Positions 1 to 10,018 of a stretch of DNA of 64,000 bases are shown here, one piece after another. The stretch comes from an uncultured Methylomirabilota bacterium (GTDB taxonomy: Bacteria; Methylomirabilota; Methylomirabilia; Methylomirabilales; 2-02-FULL-66-22). The notes under the pieces are model-generated. The model had not been told where the DNA came from. It did not search any database and saw only the letters and a program-made list of their open reading frames with translations. Location: contig CAWJSJ010000002.1 of the NCBI GenBank assembly GCA_963845565.1, positions 1,088,001-1,152,000 of the forward strand, in the 5' to 3' direction. The position numbers and the translations under genes were made by a program. Position 1 is the first letter of the stretch. Each line of letters begins with the position of its first letter.

Positions 1-878
1 TCCAGGGGGAGCGTCTGGCGGTCGAGGGGCTCCGGATTCCGGTCCTGATCCGGCGTAACCGGCTGGAAGTGACGGAGGCGGTGGCCGTCCCATTCTTCGG
101 GGGGACCATCCACCTTTCCGGCATCCAGGTGGACGATGTGCTCTCCCCCGAGGCGGGTCAGATCGGGGTCAGGATCGCCGGTGTCGACCTCGGCCGCCTG
201 AGCCGGGGACTGACCGGGATCGAGTATCCGGGCACGATCGACGCCGACTTCGGCGTGATGCGGTACGCGCACGGCCGGGTGACGTCGCAGGGGAAGGCGA
301 TCGTGCGCTTCTTCGGCGGCGAGGTGGAGGCCGTCAATCTCTTCGCCGAGCGTCCGGCCTCCTTGGCGCAGCGGATCGGCGGCGACATCACGTTTCGGAA
401 CATCAATCTCGAGGAGGTCACGAAGCGGATCGCGATCGGAAAGATGACCGGGATCGTCCAGGGGTCGCTGCGGGATTTCGTGATGGAGTACGGGCAGCCG
501 GCGCGCTTCGTCTTGGAGGTGGAGTCGGTCGAGACGGCGGGGATCTCGCAGCGGATCAGCACGGATGCCATCGAGAGCATCTCGATCCTCGGCACGGGCG
601 CCGACAGTGCGCTCAACCGCGGGATCACCCGGTTCTTCCGGGACTACCCGTACCGCAAGATCGGCTTTCGCTGCGTGCTCGCCAACGATCAGTTCTCCGT
701 CAACGGCACCATCCACGAAGGCGGGACGGAGTACCTGGTGCGACGGGGATTCCTGCGCGGGGTTGACGTGGTGAACCGGAATCCGGAGAATGTGATCAGC
801 TTCAAGGATATGCAAGAGCGTGTCGGGCGCCTTGCCCGGCCGGCCCAGGGGGAGCCTGTCGGGGTCGAGGTGCACTGA
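1..878 (+). CDS. C-terminal part of a YdbH/AsmA-like intermembrane lipid-transport protein (5' end outside window)
   Basis: Beta-rich ORF ending 878 with YRKIGFRCVLAND...VDVVNRNPENVISFKDMQERV tail; directly upstream of a YnbE/YdbL-like gene. Confidence 0.6.
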   Translation, partial: QGERLAVEGLRIPVLIRRNRLEVTEAVAVPFFGGTIHLSGIQVDDVLSPEAGQIGVRIAGVDLGRLSRGLTGIEYPGTIDADFGVMRYAHGRVTSQGKAIVRFFGGEVEAVNLFAERPASLAQRIGGDITFRNINLEEVTKRIAIGKMTGIVQGSLRDFVMEYGQPARFVLEVESVETAGISQRISTDAIESISILGTGADSALNRGITRFFRDYPYRKIGFRCVLANDQFSVNGTIHEGGTEYLVRRGFLRGVDVVNRNPENVISFKDMQERVGRLARPAQGEPVGVEVH

Positions 879-958
879 CCCGACGCCAGACGCGGACCCA
901 TTCGGGCCTGCTCTGCGGTGGGAATCAACGAACGCATGTATGCCGATAGGAGGCAATC

Positions 959-1555
959 ATGGGCGGGAAGCGGCGATGGTTAATCGGGCTCTTGATAGTT
1001 CTGCTCGTGTCGTGCGTGACGGTGAACATCTATTTCCCGGCGGCGGCCATTCAAAAGGCGGCCGACCAGATCGTGGACGATGTCCGCAAGACGCCGGAGC
1101 CGAAACCCGAACAGAAACCCGAACAGAAGCCGGATAAGTCCAGCCTGTTGGATCGAGTCCTGGTGGTCCGACTCGGACCGGCCGAGGCGCAGGCGGCGGC
1201 GGTGGATGTGAACGTCTCGACACCGGCGATCCGGAACATCCGGGCGTCGCTCGCCAACCGCTTTCCGCAACTGCAGCCGCTCTACGGCAAAGGGGCGATC
1301 GGCGAGACGAACACCGGCCTGATCGCCGCGCGGGACATCGGCGCGCTTTCGCTCAAGGAGAAAGCCGACGTGAACCGTCTGGTGGAGCAGGAAAACGCCG
1401 ATCGCCAGGCGCTCTATACCGAGATCATCCGGGCCAACAGCCTCGCCCCGAGCCAGTTGGGTGAAATCCAGCGCCTGTTCGCCAACAGTTGGCGCGACAA
1501 GTCGGCTCCCGGGTGGTGGATCCAACAGGACAACGGCCAGTGGGGGCGAAAGTAG
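959..1555 (+). CDS. Lipoprotein, YnbE-like N-terminus fused to YdbL/DUF1318 domain
   Basis: AGGAGG RBS; signal peptide with lipobox LLVSC then VTVNIYFP; GAIGETNTG...ENADRQALY...PGWWIQQDNGQW. Confidence 0.75.
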   Translation: MGGKRRWLIGLLIVLLVSCVTVNIYFPAAAIQKAADQIVDDVRKTPEPKPEQKPEQKPDKSSLLDRVLVVRLGPAEAQAAAVDVNVSTPAIRNIRASLANRFPQLQPLYGKGAIGETNTGLIAARDIGALSLKEKADVNRLVEQENADRQALYTEIIRANSLAPSQLGEIQRLFANSWRDKSAPGWWIQQDNGQWGRK

Positions 1556-1590
1556 GGCCTCCCCACACGACGGCCGGTTCCCGTTCGCCC

Positions 1591-1620
1591 TTGACACTTT
1601 CCGATCCGATACAGTATAGA
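1591..1620 (+). promoter_or_regulatory. Putative sigma70 promoter of the ABC operon
   Basis: TTGACA (1591-1596), 18 nt, TATAGA (1615-1620), about 80 nt upstream of ATG 1698. Confidence 0.45.
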
Positions 1621-1697
1621 CCTGCTCACACCAGGGGGCGTCACCACATGCTGTCGATCCGTCAGCGCTGGCCACATCTCTCCCGCAGGCGACACGC

Positions 1698-2531
1698 ATG
1701 AGCGCGTCGCCGTCCGTGACGGGCGCTGCCCGCCCATACTCGGCCCCCGTCCGCTGGCTCCTGCGTGCCCGGCACGTTCTGCTCAGCTTCCTGGTGCTGT
1801 TCCTGGTCTGGGAGATCTTGGTGCGCCTGCTGCGGGTGCCGATGTACCTCTTGCCCCCGCCCTCCAAGATCGTCGCGGACTTCCTGGTCCGCTGGCCCCG
1901 CATGGCGCAGCACACCCTCATCACCACGCAAGAGATCCTGGCCGGGTATTTTGCGGCCGTCGCCATCAGCATCCCGTTGGCGTTGACGATCGCCCACTCC
2001 CGGCTGATGGAGCGGTCGGTCTATCCGGTCATCGTGTTCTTCCAGATCGTCCCCAAGATCGCCATCGCCCCGCTCTTCATCATCTGGTTCGGATTCGGCT
2101 TCACACCCAAGCTGCTCCTGGTCTTTCTGCTGTCGTTCTTTCCCATCGTGGTCAGCAGCATCGCCGGGTTCAAGTCCGTGGATCCGGACATCATGGACCT
2201 GGCCCGCTCCACGGGGGCGAGCAAGTGGATGATCTTCCGGAAGATCCGGTTCCCTGCCGCGCTTCCGAGCATGTTCACGGGGCTCAAGGTCGCGGCGGCG
2301 CTCTCGGCCACGGCGGCGGTGGTGGCAGAGTTCGTCGCCTCGGACAAAGGACTCGGCTATCTCCTGCTGGAGTTCAACGGCGATCTCAACACGTCCATGG
2401 TCTTCGCGACGATCGTGGTTTTGAGCATCGTCGGCCTGCTCCTCTATTACGGCGTGGAGATGATCGAACGGATCGCTATTCCCTGGCACGCCTCCATGCA
2501 GGAGGAGGTCCGGGACGCGGATTACCTCTAG
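1698..2531 (+). CDS. ABC transporter permease (SsuC/TauC-like)
   Basis: LLPPPS, PKIAIAPL and EAA-like loop ARSTGAS motifs; multiple TM segments. Confidence 0.9.
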   Translation: MSASPSVTGAARPYSAPVRWLLRARHVLLSFLVLFLVWEILVRLLRVPMYLLPPPSKIVADFLVRWPRMAQHTLITTQEILAGYFAAVAISIPLALTIAHSRLMERSVYPVIVFFQIVPKIAIAPLFIIWFGFGFTPKLLLVFLLSFFPIVVSSIAGFKSVDPDIMDLARSTGASKWMIFRKIRFPAALPSMFTGLKVAAALSATAAVVAEFVASDKGLGYLLLEFNGDLNTSMVFATIVVLSIVGLLLYYGVEMIERIAIPWHASMQEEVRDADYL

Positions 2532-2625
2532 TAACCGGGCTCGGCGGCCGGGCCGCCGGGACCGGTCGGTGCGTGCGTTCTTTCGAGAGGGAAGGTCGGG
2601 TGTTCTACACAAGAGGAGGAGTGCG

Positions 2626-3609
2626 ATGAAGCGTCAACATCTGGGGGCGATGGGCGTGGTGCTGCTGGCAGGGATCCTGGCGCTGGGTAGCGCAGCGTCG
2701 GCCGCCGACAAGGCCTCGCTGCGGTTGAACTGGTACCTCGGCGGGTTGCACAGCCCCTTTTATCTGGGGGTGGAGCGGGGCTTCTACAAGGACGAGGGGA
2801 TCGATCTGACCATCAACGAGGGGCGCGGCTCGGCCGCCGCGGCGCAGATCATTGGCGCCAAGGGGGACACCTTCGGCATGTCGGACGCGGGCAGCCTGAT
2901 GCTGGCGGCCTCCAAGGGGATGCCGATCCGGTCGGTCTTCACTCTGCTGAGCAGCTCGGATTTCGCCATCATCTCCCTGGAGGAGAATGGCATCAAGTCC
3001 CCCAAGGACCTGGAGGGAAAGACAGTGGCCTCGTCCGCCGGGGACGCCCTGACGCAGCTCCTTCCGGCCGTGATCGAGGCCAACGGCCTGACCAAGGACA
3101 AGATCAAGGTCGTGTTCATGGATCCGCCTGCCAAACCGGTCGCCTTGATGGAGAAGAAGGTGGACGCGCTCCTGGGCGGGGCCAGCGATCAGTTCTGGCT
3201 CGTCAAGTATAAGGGATTCAAGCCGACGCGGCTGATGTTCGCGGAGATCGGCGTGGACACCATCGGCATGACCCTACATGCCCACCCGGACACGCTGAAG
3301 GACAGCCCGGACATGGTGCGGCGCTTCGCCAAGGCGACAATCCGCTCCTGGGAGGCCGCGCGACAGGACCCGGCGGCGGCCGCCAAGGCCGCGGTGAAAG
3401 TGAAGCCCGACCTGAACGCGTCCTCGACCGAGGACCAACTGCGGACGAACCTGACCCAGCTTCACTCCAAGAATTCGCAGGGCAAGTCCATCGGCTTCTC
3501 GGCGCCCCAGGATTGGGAGCACACCATGATGCTGCTCAAGAAGTATCGCGATCTGCAGACGGACAAGCCGGCGACCTTCTTTTACACCAACGACTTCATG
3601 CCCAAGTAG
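2626..3609 (+). CDS. ABC substrate-binding protein, NMT1/THI5/SsuA family
   Basis: GAGGAGG RBS; signal peptide; LRLNW...H..FY.GVERGFYKDEGIDL motif. Confidence 0.9.
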   Translation: MKRQHLGAMGVVLLAGILALGSAASAADKASLRLNWYLGGLHSPFYLGVERGFYKDEGIDLTINEGRGSAAAAQIIGAKGDTFGMSDAGSLMLAASKGMPIRSVFTLLSSSDFAIISLEENGIKSPKDLEGKTVASSAGDALTQLLPAVIEANGLTKDKIKVVFMDPPAKPVALMEKKVDALLGGASDQFWLVKYKGFKPTRLMFAEIGVDTIGMTLHAHPDTLKDSPDMVRRFAKATIRSWEAARQDPAAAAKAAVKVKPDLNASSTEDQLRTNLTQLHSKNSQGKSIGFSAPQDWEHTMMLLKKYRDLQTDKPATFFYTNDFMPK

Positions 3610-3636
3610 GGTGGCGGGAACGGATCGGATCTGCGG

Positions 3637-4455
3637 ATGATGGAGCAAGCCGGACATGCCATCGAGGTGTCGGGCGTCAGCATGGTGTTCCGCAAGGGCA
3701 CGGCGCAGACCCATGCCCTTGCGGCCATCGACCTTGCCTTCGGCCAGGGGGAGTTCGTGGCCATCGTGGGCCCCTCCGGCTGCGGCAAGAGCACGCTCAT
3801 GCGGCTCATCGCCGGGCTGGTCCCGGCGACGAGCGGCCGGATCGTCTTCGGGGGCCGGCCGGTGGCCGGCCCCGTGAAGGAGCTGGGCATCGTGTTCCAG
3901 AACCCTGTGCTGCTCGACTGGCGCACGGTGCTCGGCAACGTCATGCTGCAGATCGAGATGCGCGGGCTGGACCCACGGCGGTACCTCGACCAGGCACGGT
4001 CACTCCTGGAACTGGTGGGGCTCCGCGACTTCTTGTCCAGTTATCCGCGCGAGCTCTCCGGCGGCATGCGTCAGCGGACGGCGCTCGTGCGGGCGCTGAT
4101 CCACGATCCCCCGGTGCTCTTCATGGACGAGCCCTTCGGGGCGCTGGACGCCCTGACGCGGGAGCAGATGCGGATCGACCTGGAGTCCCTGCTCATGAGC
4201 CGACCCAAGACCGTGCTGTTCATCACCCACAGCATCGACGAGGCGGTCCTGCTGGCGGACCGGGTGGTGGTGATGTCGCCCCGACCCGGCCGCGTCGAGC
4301 GGATCATCGCCATCGACCTACCCCGGCCGCGCGGCCTGGAGGGGCGCGCCCTGCCCGGGTTCAGCGCGGCGCATGAAACCATCACTGAGATCTTCCTGGC
4401 TCGCGGCGTGCTGCGGAGTCAGCCGTCTTCGCTCTCACCTTCACCACGGGGATGA
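3637..4455 (+). CDS. ABC ATP-binding protein (SsuB/TauB-like)
   Basis: Walker A GPSGCGKS, LSGGM signature, MDEPF Walker B. Confidence 0.95.
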   Translation: MMEQAGHAIEVSGVSMVFRKGTAQTHALAAIDLAFGQGEFVAIVGPSGCGKSTLMRLIAGLVPATSGRIVFGGRPVAGPVKELGIVFQNPVLLDWRTVLGNVMLQIEMRGLDPRRYLDQARSLLELVGLRDFLSSYPRELSGGMRQRTALVRALIHDPPVLFMDEPFGALDALTREQMRIDLESLLMSRPKTVLFITHSIDEAVLLADRVVVMSPRPGRVERIIAIDLPRPRGLEGRALPGFSAAHETITEIFLARGVLRSQPSSLSPSPRG

Positions 4456-4459
4456 CGCC

Positions 4460-5380
4460 ATGACCACATTCACAGCCCAAGGGATCATCGCGGCTCCGGT
4501 CCTGCCGATGAAAACGGATTTCTCCATCGACTGGCCGTCGCTGCGCTCGTATCTGGCCTGGCTCGCCAAGCAGCGGCCCACGGCCATCGCCATGAACATG
4601 GATGCCAGCGAGGGGCCGTCCCTGAGCCGAGACGAGATGCTGGAGGTGATCCGCGTCTCCCGGGCGGTGATCAAGGACGCCTGTCCGCTGGTGTCCGGGC
4701 TGATCGCCGGCTCGACCGCAGACGCGGTGGCATTCGGCAAGCAGCTGAAGGCGGCCGGGGCCCAAGGGCTGGCCATCTTCCCGCCGTTTCCCACGTTTCT
4801 AGGAAACCCGGTGCCCACCCGGATGATCTTCGAGTATCACAAGGCCATCGCGGACGGGGTGAAGCTGCCGCTGATTGCGTTCCAGTTCCCCAAGGCCTGG
4901 GGGCCGGACTTCCCGCCGGAGACGCTCCGCGAGCTGGTGAAGATCCCGCAGATCATCGGCTTGAAAGAGGCCTCCTTCGACACCACCAAGACGCTGGAGA
5001 CCATCGACACCGCCCGGGCGCTGCGCCGCAAGATCGGGATCATGACCGGGAGCGACACCTTCATCCTCGAAGCGATGATCTTCGGCTGCGACGGGGCCCT
5101 GATCGGGTTTGCCTGCACGGCGACCGACCAGCTGATCCGGATGCACCGGGCCGTGACGGAGAAGGATTTCGACACGGCGTTCGAGATCTGGCGTCGCCTG
5201 GGGCCGCTGGCGCGCTACGCCTGGCGCGCCCCCATCCGCGATTACCGGCCGCGGATGAAAGAGGTCCTGGTGATGCAGGGGCTGATCCGGCATGCCGCCG
5301 TGCGGCCGCCGCAGCTCCCGGTGAGTTCCGCGGAGCGCGCCGAGCTCCGGCGACTGGCGAAACACGCCGGCCTGATCTAG
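4460..5380 (+). CDS. Dihydrodipicolinate synthase (DapA/NAL) family protein
   Basis: APVLPMKTDFSIDW start, SEG..LS.DE, Schiff-base lysine in IIGLKEAS, C-terminal VRPPQLP. Confidence 0.85.
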   Translation: MTTFTAQGIIAAPVLPMKTDFSIDWPSLRSYLAWLAKQRPTAIAMNMDASEGPSLSRDEMLEVIRVSRAVIKDACPLVSGLIAGSTADAVAFGKQLKAAGAQGLAIFPPFPTFLGNPVPTRMIFEYHKAIADGVKLPLIAFQFPKAWGPDFPPETLRELVKIPQIIGLKEASFDTTKTLETIDTARALRRKIGIMTGSDTFILEAMIFGCDGALIGFACTATDQLIRMHRAVTEKDFDTAFEIWRRLGPLARYAWRAPIRDYRPRMKEVLVMQGLIRHAAVRPPQLPVSSAERAELRRLAKHAGLI

Positions 5381-5382
5381 TC

Positions 5383-5503
5383 GGCCGCTGAAAACGGTCC
5401 ATCTGCTGCGTTGGCCCGCTCGGGCACTCGCTGCGGCGTACCCAGTGTACGCCTCACTCGGCCCTTCGCGGACCGCCTTGCACCTGGGCCGTTTTGAGCG
5501 GCC
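5383..5503. repeat. ~125-bp palindromic intergenic repeat, copy 1 (MITE/REPIN-like)
   Basis: GGCCGCTGAAAACGG...GGCGTAC-N5-GTACGCC...CCGTTTTGAGCGGCC; homologous to 14437, 23435, 62099. Confidence 0.9.
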
Positions 5504-5645
5504 TGGCGCAACCTGTGTCGTTCCGCACCGTTCTCGTTTTTCGGATCGCGATGTTCTTGCGGCGCGGGCCAGCCTCTCGTCGTGGCCCGTGCCGCCCCGA
5601 ACGGACACCGGGCCACTCTCCTCGCACCCCACCGGGAGTTCTTCC

Positions 5646-7112
5646 ATGGCACACCGCGTGTCGTTTCCCGCCGTGGCCGCGTTCCGCGACGTGGCGGCTT
5701 TCAAGGCACACCTGGCCACGCTGCCCATCCGCCTGGCGTGCGACGATGCGCTGCTGTCTCCGGACCGGAGCGTCCTGGCGCAGCCGCTGCGGGTGGAAGG
5801 GCGCCTGGTCGGCAACCGGCTCTGCATCCATGCCATGGGCGGGATGGACGGGACGCCGGACGGGAAGACCACTGAACTCGTCACGCGGCGCTGGGTGAAT
5901 TTCGGGCGGTCGGGCGCCAAGCTGATCTGGGGCGGCGAGGCGGCGGCGGTGACGCCCGAGTCTCGAGACAACCCCTTCCAGCTCTATTACCATCCCGACA
6001 ACCGGGCCAGCCAGGAACGATTGCTCCGCGATCTGCGCGCCGCGCACCGCGAGCGCTTCGGGACCACCGACGGCCTACTCGTCGGGCTCCAGATCAGCCA
6101 TTCCGGGCGGTACTGCCGGCCGGACCAGGATTTCCTGGCGAAGCCGCGGATCGCCTACCGGCATCCGCTGCTCGACGAGCGCTCCGGCGTCCGAGACGAT
6201 CGGGCGATCCTGTCCGACATGGAACTGGACGACCTGGTCGGCCACTTCGCGACCTACGCCAGGTTCGCGCAGGAGGCGGGGTTCGACTTCGTGGACGTCA
6301 AGCAGTGTCATGCCTACCTGCTTCACGAGATGCTCTCGGCGCACACGCGGCCGGGCCGGTACGGCGGGAGCTTCGAGAACCGGACGCGGCTATTCCGCGA
6401 GATCGTCACTGCGATTCACCGAGATGTCCCGGGACTCTTGCTCGGGACACGGGTATCCATCTTCGATCTGGTGCCCTTCCAGAAACCGCCGGGCGATCCG
6501 ACGGGGGCCGGCGAACCCGTGCCCTACGAGCACCTGCTACCCTATCGGTATGGGTTCGGCCTCGACCCGGAGCGGCCGACGGAGCCGGACCTCACGGAGC
6601 CGCTGGAACTCCTGCGGCTCTGCGACCGGCTGGGCGTGCGCTTCATCAACATCTCGGCCGGGAGTCCGTACTACAATCCGCATATCCAGCGCCCGGCGCG
6701 CTATCCCCCGTGCGACGGGTACTGGCCGCCCGAGGACCCGCTGATCGGCTGCGCCCGACAGATCGAGGCGGTGGCCCGCTGCAAGGGGGCCTTCCCGCAC
6801 CTCGTCATGGTGGGCACGGGATACTCCTATCTGCAGGAGTACCTGGGCCACGTGGCCCAGGCGCAGGTGCGGCTCGGTCAGGTGGACTCCGTCGGTGTCG
6901 GTCGGCTGGCGTTCGCCTATCCGGACTATACGCACGACCTGCTCTACGGCGGCGGGGTGGTCCGAAAACGGCTCTGCCGCACCGACAGCGATTGCACCAC
7001 CGCGATGCGAAATCGCTTGGTGTCCGGGTGCTACCCGTACGATCCGTTCTACAAGGCACTCCCCGAAGCGCAGCAGCTCCGCCAGATCAAGCGCGGCGCG
7101 CCCCGGCCATGA
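5646..7112 (+). CDS. NADH:flavin oxidoreductase (Old Yellow Enzyme family)
   Basis: GNRLCIHAMGG, QISHSGR, GFDFVDVKQCHAYLL, YGGSFENR motifs. Confidence 0.9.
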   Translation: MAHRVSFPAVAAFRDVAAFKAHLATLPIRLACDDALLSPDRSVLAQPLRVEGRLVGNRLCIHAMGGMDGTPDGKTTELVTRRWVNFGRSGAKLIWGGEAAAVTPESRDNPFQLYYHPDNRASQERLLRDLRAAHRERFGTTDGLLVGLQISHSGRYCRPDQDFLAKPRIAYRHPLLDERSGVRDDRAILSDMELDDLVGHFATYARFAQEAGFDFVDVKQCHAYLLHEMLSAHTRPGRYGGSFENRTRLFREIVTAIHRDVPGLLLGTRVSIFDLVPFQKPPGDPTGAGEPVPYEHLLPYRYGFGLDPERPTEPDLTEPLELLRLCDRLGVRFINISAGSPYYNPHIQRPARYPPCDGYWPPEDPLIGCARQIEAVARCKGAFPHLVMVGTGYSYLQEYLGHVAQAQVRLGQVDSVGVGRLAFAYPDYTHDLLYGGGVVRKRLCRTDSDCTTAMRNRLVSGCYPYDPFYKALPEAQQLRQIKRGAPRP

Positions 7113-7159
7113 GGCCGAGGGCGCAACGCTAGGCTAGGCTCGACCCATCGAGTACCCGA

Positions 7160-7190
7160 GCCGGGGGGCACGACGACGCCCCCCGGTTTC
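7160..7190 (+). terminator. Putative intrinsic terminator
   Basis: CCGGGGGGC-N8-GCCCCCCGG followed by a short T tract. Confidence 0.45.
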
Positions 7191-7316
7191 GATTTGTGCG
7201 CATCTCGAACGCCCCGCATGGCGGCCCGCGGTCAGTCGTTTTCCCTTGCCATGATCGGACCCTTTCATGTAAGTATCCGGTCTGCCCGCGACCGCGGGAG
7301 GGGGAATCGTCTGCCC

Positions 7317-8195
7317 ATGTACGCGCTCCAGGATGTCATCCAGTTCGTCTTCGCCGGGCTGACCAGCGGGGCCATCTACGCCATGGTCGCCATGGGGTTC
7401 GGCGTCGTCCACAACACCATGGGGATCGTGAACTTCACCCAGGTGGACTTCGTCTCGCTGGGCGGGATGTTCCTCTACGGCGCGCTGGTCGGCGCGAAGC
7501 TGCCGATGGCGGCGGCGCTGCTGGTGGCGGTGGCCGGGGTCACGCTGGCGGGGGCGCTGGTGGAATACCTGGGGCTCCGACCGTCGCGCTCGCGGCATCC
7601 CCTGATCCTCATCTTCCTCACCATCGGCCTCTCCATCATGTTGCGCGGCATCATGCAGGCGGTCTGGGGCAAGAACTCTCTGGCCGTGCCCCCGCTCCTG
7701 GGGGAGGAGCCGCTCACGATCCTGGGCGCCACCATTCTGCCCCAGGCCGTCTGGATCCTGATGATGACCGCCGTGGCCATCGGCCTCCTGGTGGTCTTCT
7801 TCCGAAAGACGACCGCGGGGCTCGCCATGCGGGGCGCGGCGTCGAACCCGACGGCGGCCGCCGTGGTGGGCCTGGTGGTCCCGCGGCTCCGGACGCTGAG
7901 TTTCGCCCTCGCGGGGTTTTTGGGTGGGCTGGCGGGTGTCCTGATCACGCCGATCACCACGCTTCGGTACGATATCGGCGTCCTGCTCGGCCTCAAGGGG
8001 TTCGCCGCGGCCATCCTGGGGGGATTCGGCTCGTTCCCCGGCGCCATCCTGGGAGGGGTCGCCCTGGGCCTACTGGAGTCGCTGGGTGCCGCCTATGTGA
8101 GCAGCGCCTGGAAGGACAGCATCGCCTTCGTCGTGCTCCTCTTGGTGCTCTTCGTCAGGCCGCACGGCCTGTTGGGAAAGGCGGTGCGGCCGTGA
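7317..8195 (+). CDS. livH: Branched-chain amino acid-type ABC permease
   Basis: GLTSGAIYAMVAMG...VNF; LKGFAAAILGG motifs. Confidence 0.9.
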   Translation: MYALQDVIQFVFAGLTSGAIYAMVAMGFGVVHNTMGIVNFTQVDFVSLGGMFLYGALVGAKLPMAAALLVAVAGVTLAGALVEYLGLRPSRSRHPLILIFLTIGLSIMLRGIMQAVWGKNSLAVPPLLGEEPLTILGATILPQAVWILMMTAVAIGLLVVFFRKTTAGLAMRGAASNPTAAAVVGLVVPRLRTLSFALAGFLGGLAGVLITPITTLRYDIGVLLGLKGFAAAILGGFGSFPGAILGGVALGLLESLGAAYVSSAWKDSIAFVVLLLVLFVRPHGLLGKAVRP

Positions 8196-10018
8196 CGCGA
8201 CGAGTGCTGATGGGGAACGAGGCCATCGGGCGCGGGATCGTGGAGTGCGGATGCGCCGTGGCCACCTCGTATCCCGGGACGCCCGCCTCGGAGATCCTGG
8301 AGGCGGTGGTGGCCTTCTCGAAGGAGGCGGAACACCGGCTGCACGTCGAGTGGTCGGTGAACGAGAAGGTCGCCTATGAAGTCGCGCTGGCCGCCAGCTA
8401 CACCGGCAAGCGCGCCGCGGTCTCCATGAAGCAGGTGGGGCTGAACGTGGCCTCGGACCCCTTCATGCGGTCGGCCTATCTGGGGGTCAAGGGCGGGCTG
8501 CTGCTCGTCTCGGCCGACGACCCGGGCCCCCACAGCTCGCAGACCGAGCAGGACAGCCGATTCTTCGCCATGTTCGCCAAGATCCCGGTGCTCGATCCGT
8601 CCTGTCCCCGCGAGGCCAAGGAGATGGTCCGGCTGGCGTTCGAACTGTCGGAGGCGTACGAGATCCCGGTGATGCTCCGGCCGACGACGCGCGTCTGCCA
8701 CGCCCGGCAGGCCGTCCCGCTCCTCGACGTGGATCGGGACGGTCGCACGGCACGGTTCGAGAAAGATCCGAAGCGCTGGTGCGCCACGCCGCGGTTCGTC
8801 ACGGATCTGCATCGAGCGCTCACGGAGAAGCTCGCACGCCTGGCGGCCGATCCTCGGATCGCTCCGTCGTTCTTTCCGGGGGACGGGACGCGACCCGGGA
8901 CCTGCCTCGTCGGCTCGGGGGTGGCGTTCGCCCACGCCTGGGACGTCCTCGACGAGCTGGGCGTCACCGGAACGGTGGACCGCTACCAGGTCACGGTGCC
9001 GTACCCCCTGCCTCCGGACTTCGTCGCACGCGTGCAGGGGTACGAGCGGATCCTGGTCATCGAGGAGACGTATCCGGTGATCGAGATGCAGCTGACCGAT
9101 CGCCGGATCGCGGGCCGGGTGTCGAAGCTGGTCCCGAACGAGGGGGAACTCACGCCCGAGGTCATCCGACAGGTCCTCGCGACGTTTCTGGGCCTGGCGC
9201 CGTCGCCCCCCGTGGAGGGCCGCCGCCCGCCCGGCGCCCGCCCCACGCTCTGCGCGGGCTGCGGCCACCGCGCGGTCTACTACGCGATCAGCCAGACGTT
9301 CCCCCGGGGGATCTTCCCGGGCGACATCGGCTGCTACACGCTGGGGATGAACCTGGGGGCGGTGGACACCGTCCACTGCATGGGGGCGGGCATCAGCCAG
9401 GCGGCGGGTTTCTATCACGCGTACGCCCAGGACGGGACCGCGTTTCCCACCGTCGTGGCCACCATCGGCGACTCGACGTTCTTCCACTCCGGCATCCCGG
9501 CCCTGGTGAACGCCGCCTCCCAGCAGGCACGCATCATCGTGGTCATCCTGGACAACGGCACCACGGCGATGACCGGCCACCAGCCCACGCCCCAGCTCGG
9601 CGTCACCGCGACGGGCGCGCCCGCTCGACCGGTGTCCATCCGGGACCTCGTCCGCGCGTCGGGCGTGGCTTTTCTCCGGGAGGCGGACGCGTACGACGTC
9701 GACGCGTTCATCGGCTTGCTCCGCGAAGCGGACCGGTACTGCCGCGGCGAGAACGGCGGGGTCGCCGTCATCATCGCCTCCTCTCCGTGCGTGCTCTCCG
9801 GCGAGTCCGGGGCGGCCGGGACCGCGCACGCCGTGCGCGTGACCGAGGAGTGCAGCGGGTGCCGGGAATGCCTCGACATGTTCGAGTGCCCCGCCCTCGT
9901 CTGGGACGACGCGACGGGCACGGTCGGCATCGGGCGGGCCGCCTGCAACCAGTGCGGGGTCTGTCTCCACGTCTGCCCGACGGGGGCGATCGTGGCAGTC
10001 GCCGGGGGGGCGGGATGA
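8192..10018 (+). CDS. iorA: Indolepyruvate:ferredoxin oxidoreductase alpha subunit
   Basis: LMGNEAIGRG, YPGTP, EWSVNEKVA, MKQVGLNVA, GDIGCY, TPP motif GDSTFFHSG, C-terminal 2x[4Fe-4S]; GTG overlaps livH stop. Confidence 0.92.
   Translation: MTRRVLMGNEAIGRGIVECGCAVATSYPGTPASEILEAVVAFSKEAEHRLHVEWSVNEKVAYEVALAASYTGKRAAVSMKQVGLNVASDPFMRSAYLGVKGGLLLVSADDPGPHSSQTEQDSRFFAMFAKIPVLDPSCPREAKEMVRLAFELSEAYEIPVMLRPTTRVCHARQAVPLLDVDRDGRTARFEKDPKRWCATPRFVTDLHRALTEKLARLAADPRIAPSFFPGDGTRPGTCLVGSGVAFAHAWDVLDELGVTGTVDRYQVTVPYPLPPDFVARVQGYERILVIEETYPVIEMQLTDRRIAGRVSKLVPNEGELTPEVIRQVLATFLGLAPSPPVEGRRPPGARPTLCAGCGHRAVYYAISQTFPRGIFPGDIGCYTLGMNLGAVDTVHCMGAGISQAAGFYHAYAQDGTAFPTVVATIGDSTFFHSGIPALVNAASQQARIIVVILDNGTTAMTGHQPTPQLGVTATGAPARPVSIRDLVRASGVAFLREADAYDVDAFIGLLREADRYCRGENGGVAVIIASSPCVLSGESGAAGTAHAVRVTEECSGCRECLDMFECPALVWDDATGTVGIGRAACNQCGVCLHVCPTGAIVAVAGGAG

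Noticed and set aside
1094..1135. 12-bp tandem repeat encoding PEQK units
   Set aside because: Short ordinary linker in a lipoprotein.
5383..5503. Palindromic repeats as integron attC sites or CRISPR repeats
   Set aside because: No RYYYAAC/GTTRRRY core pair, no integrase or cas gene, and the copies are kilobases apart rather than arrayed.
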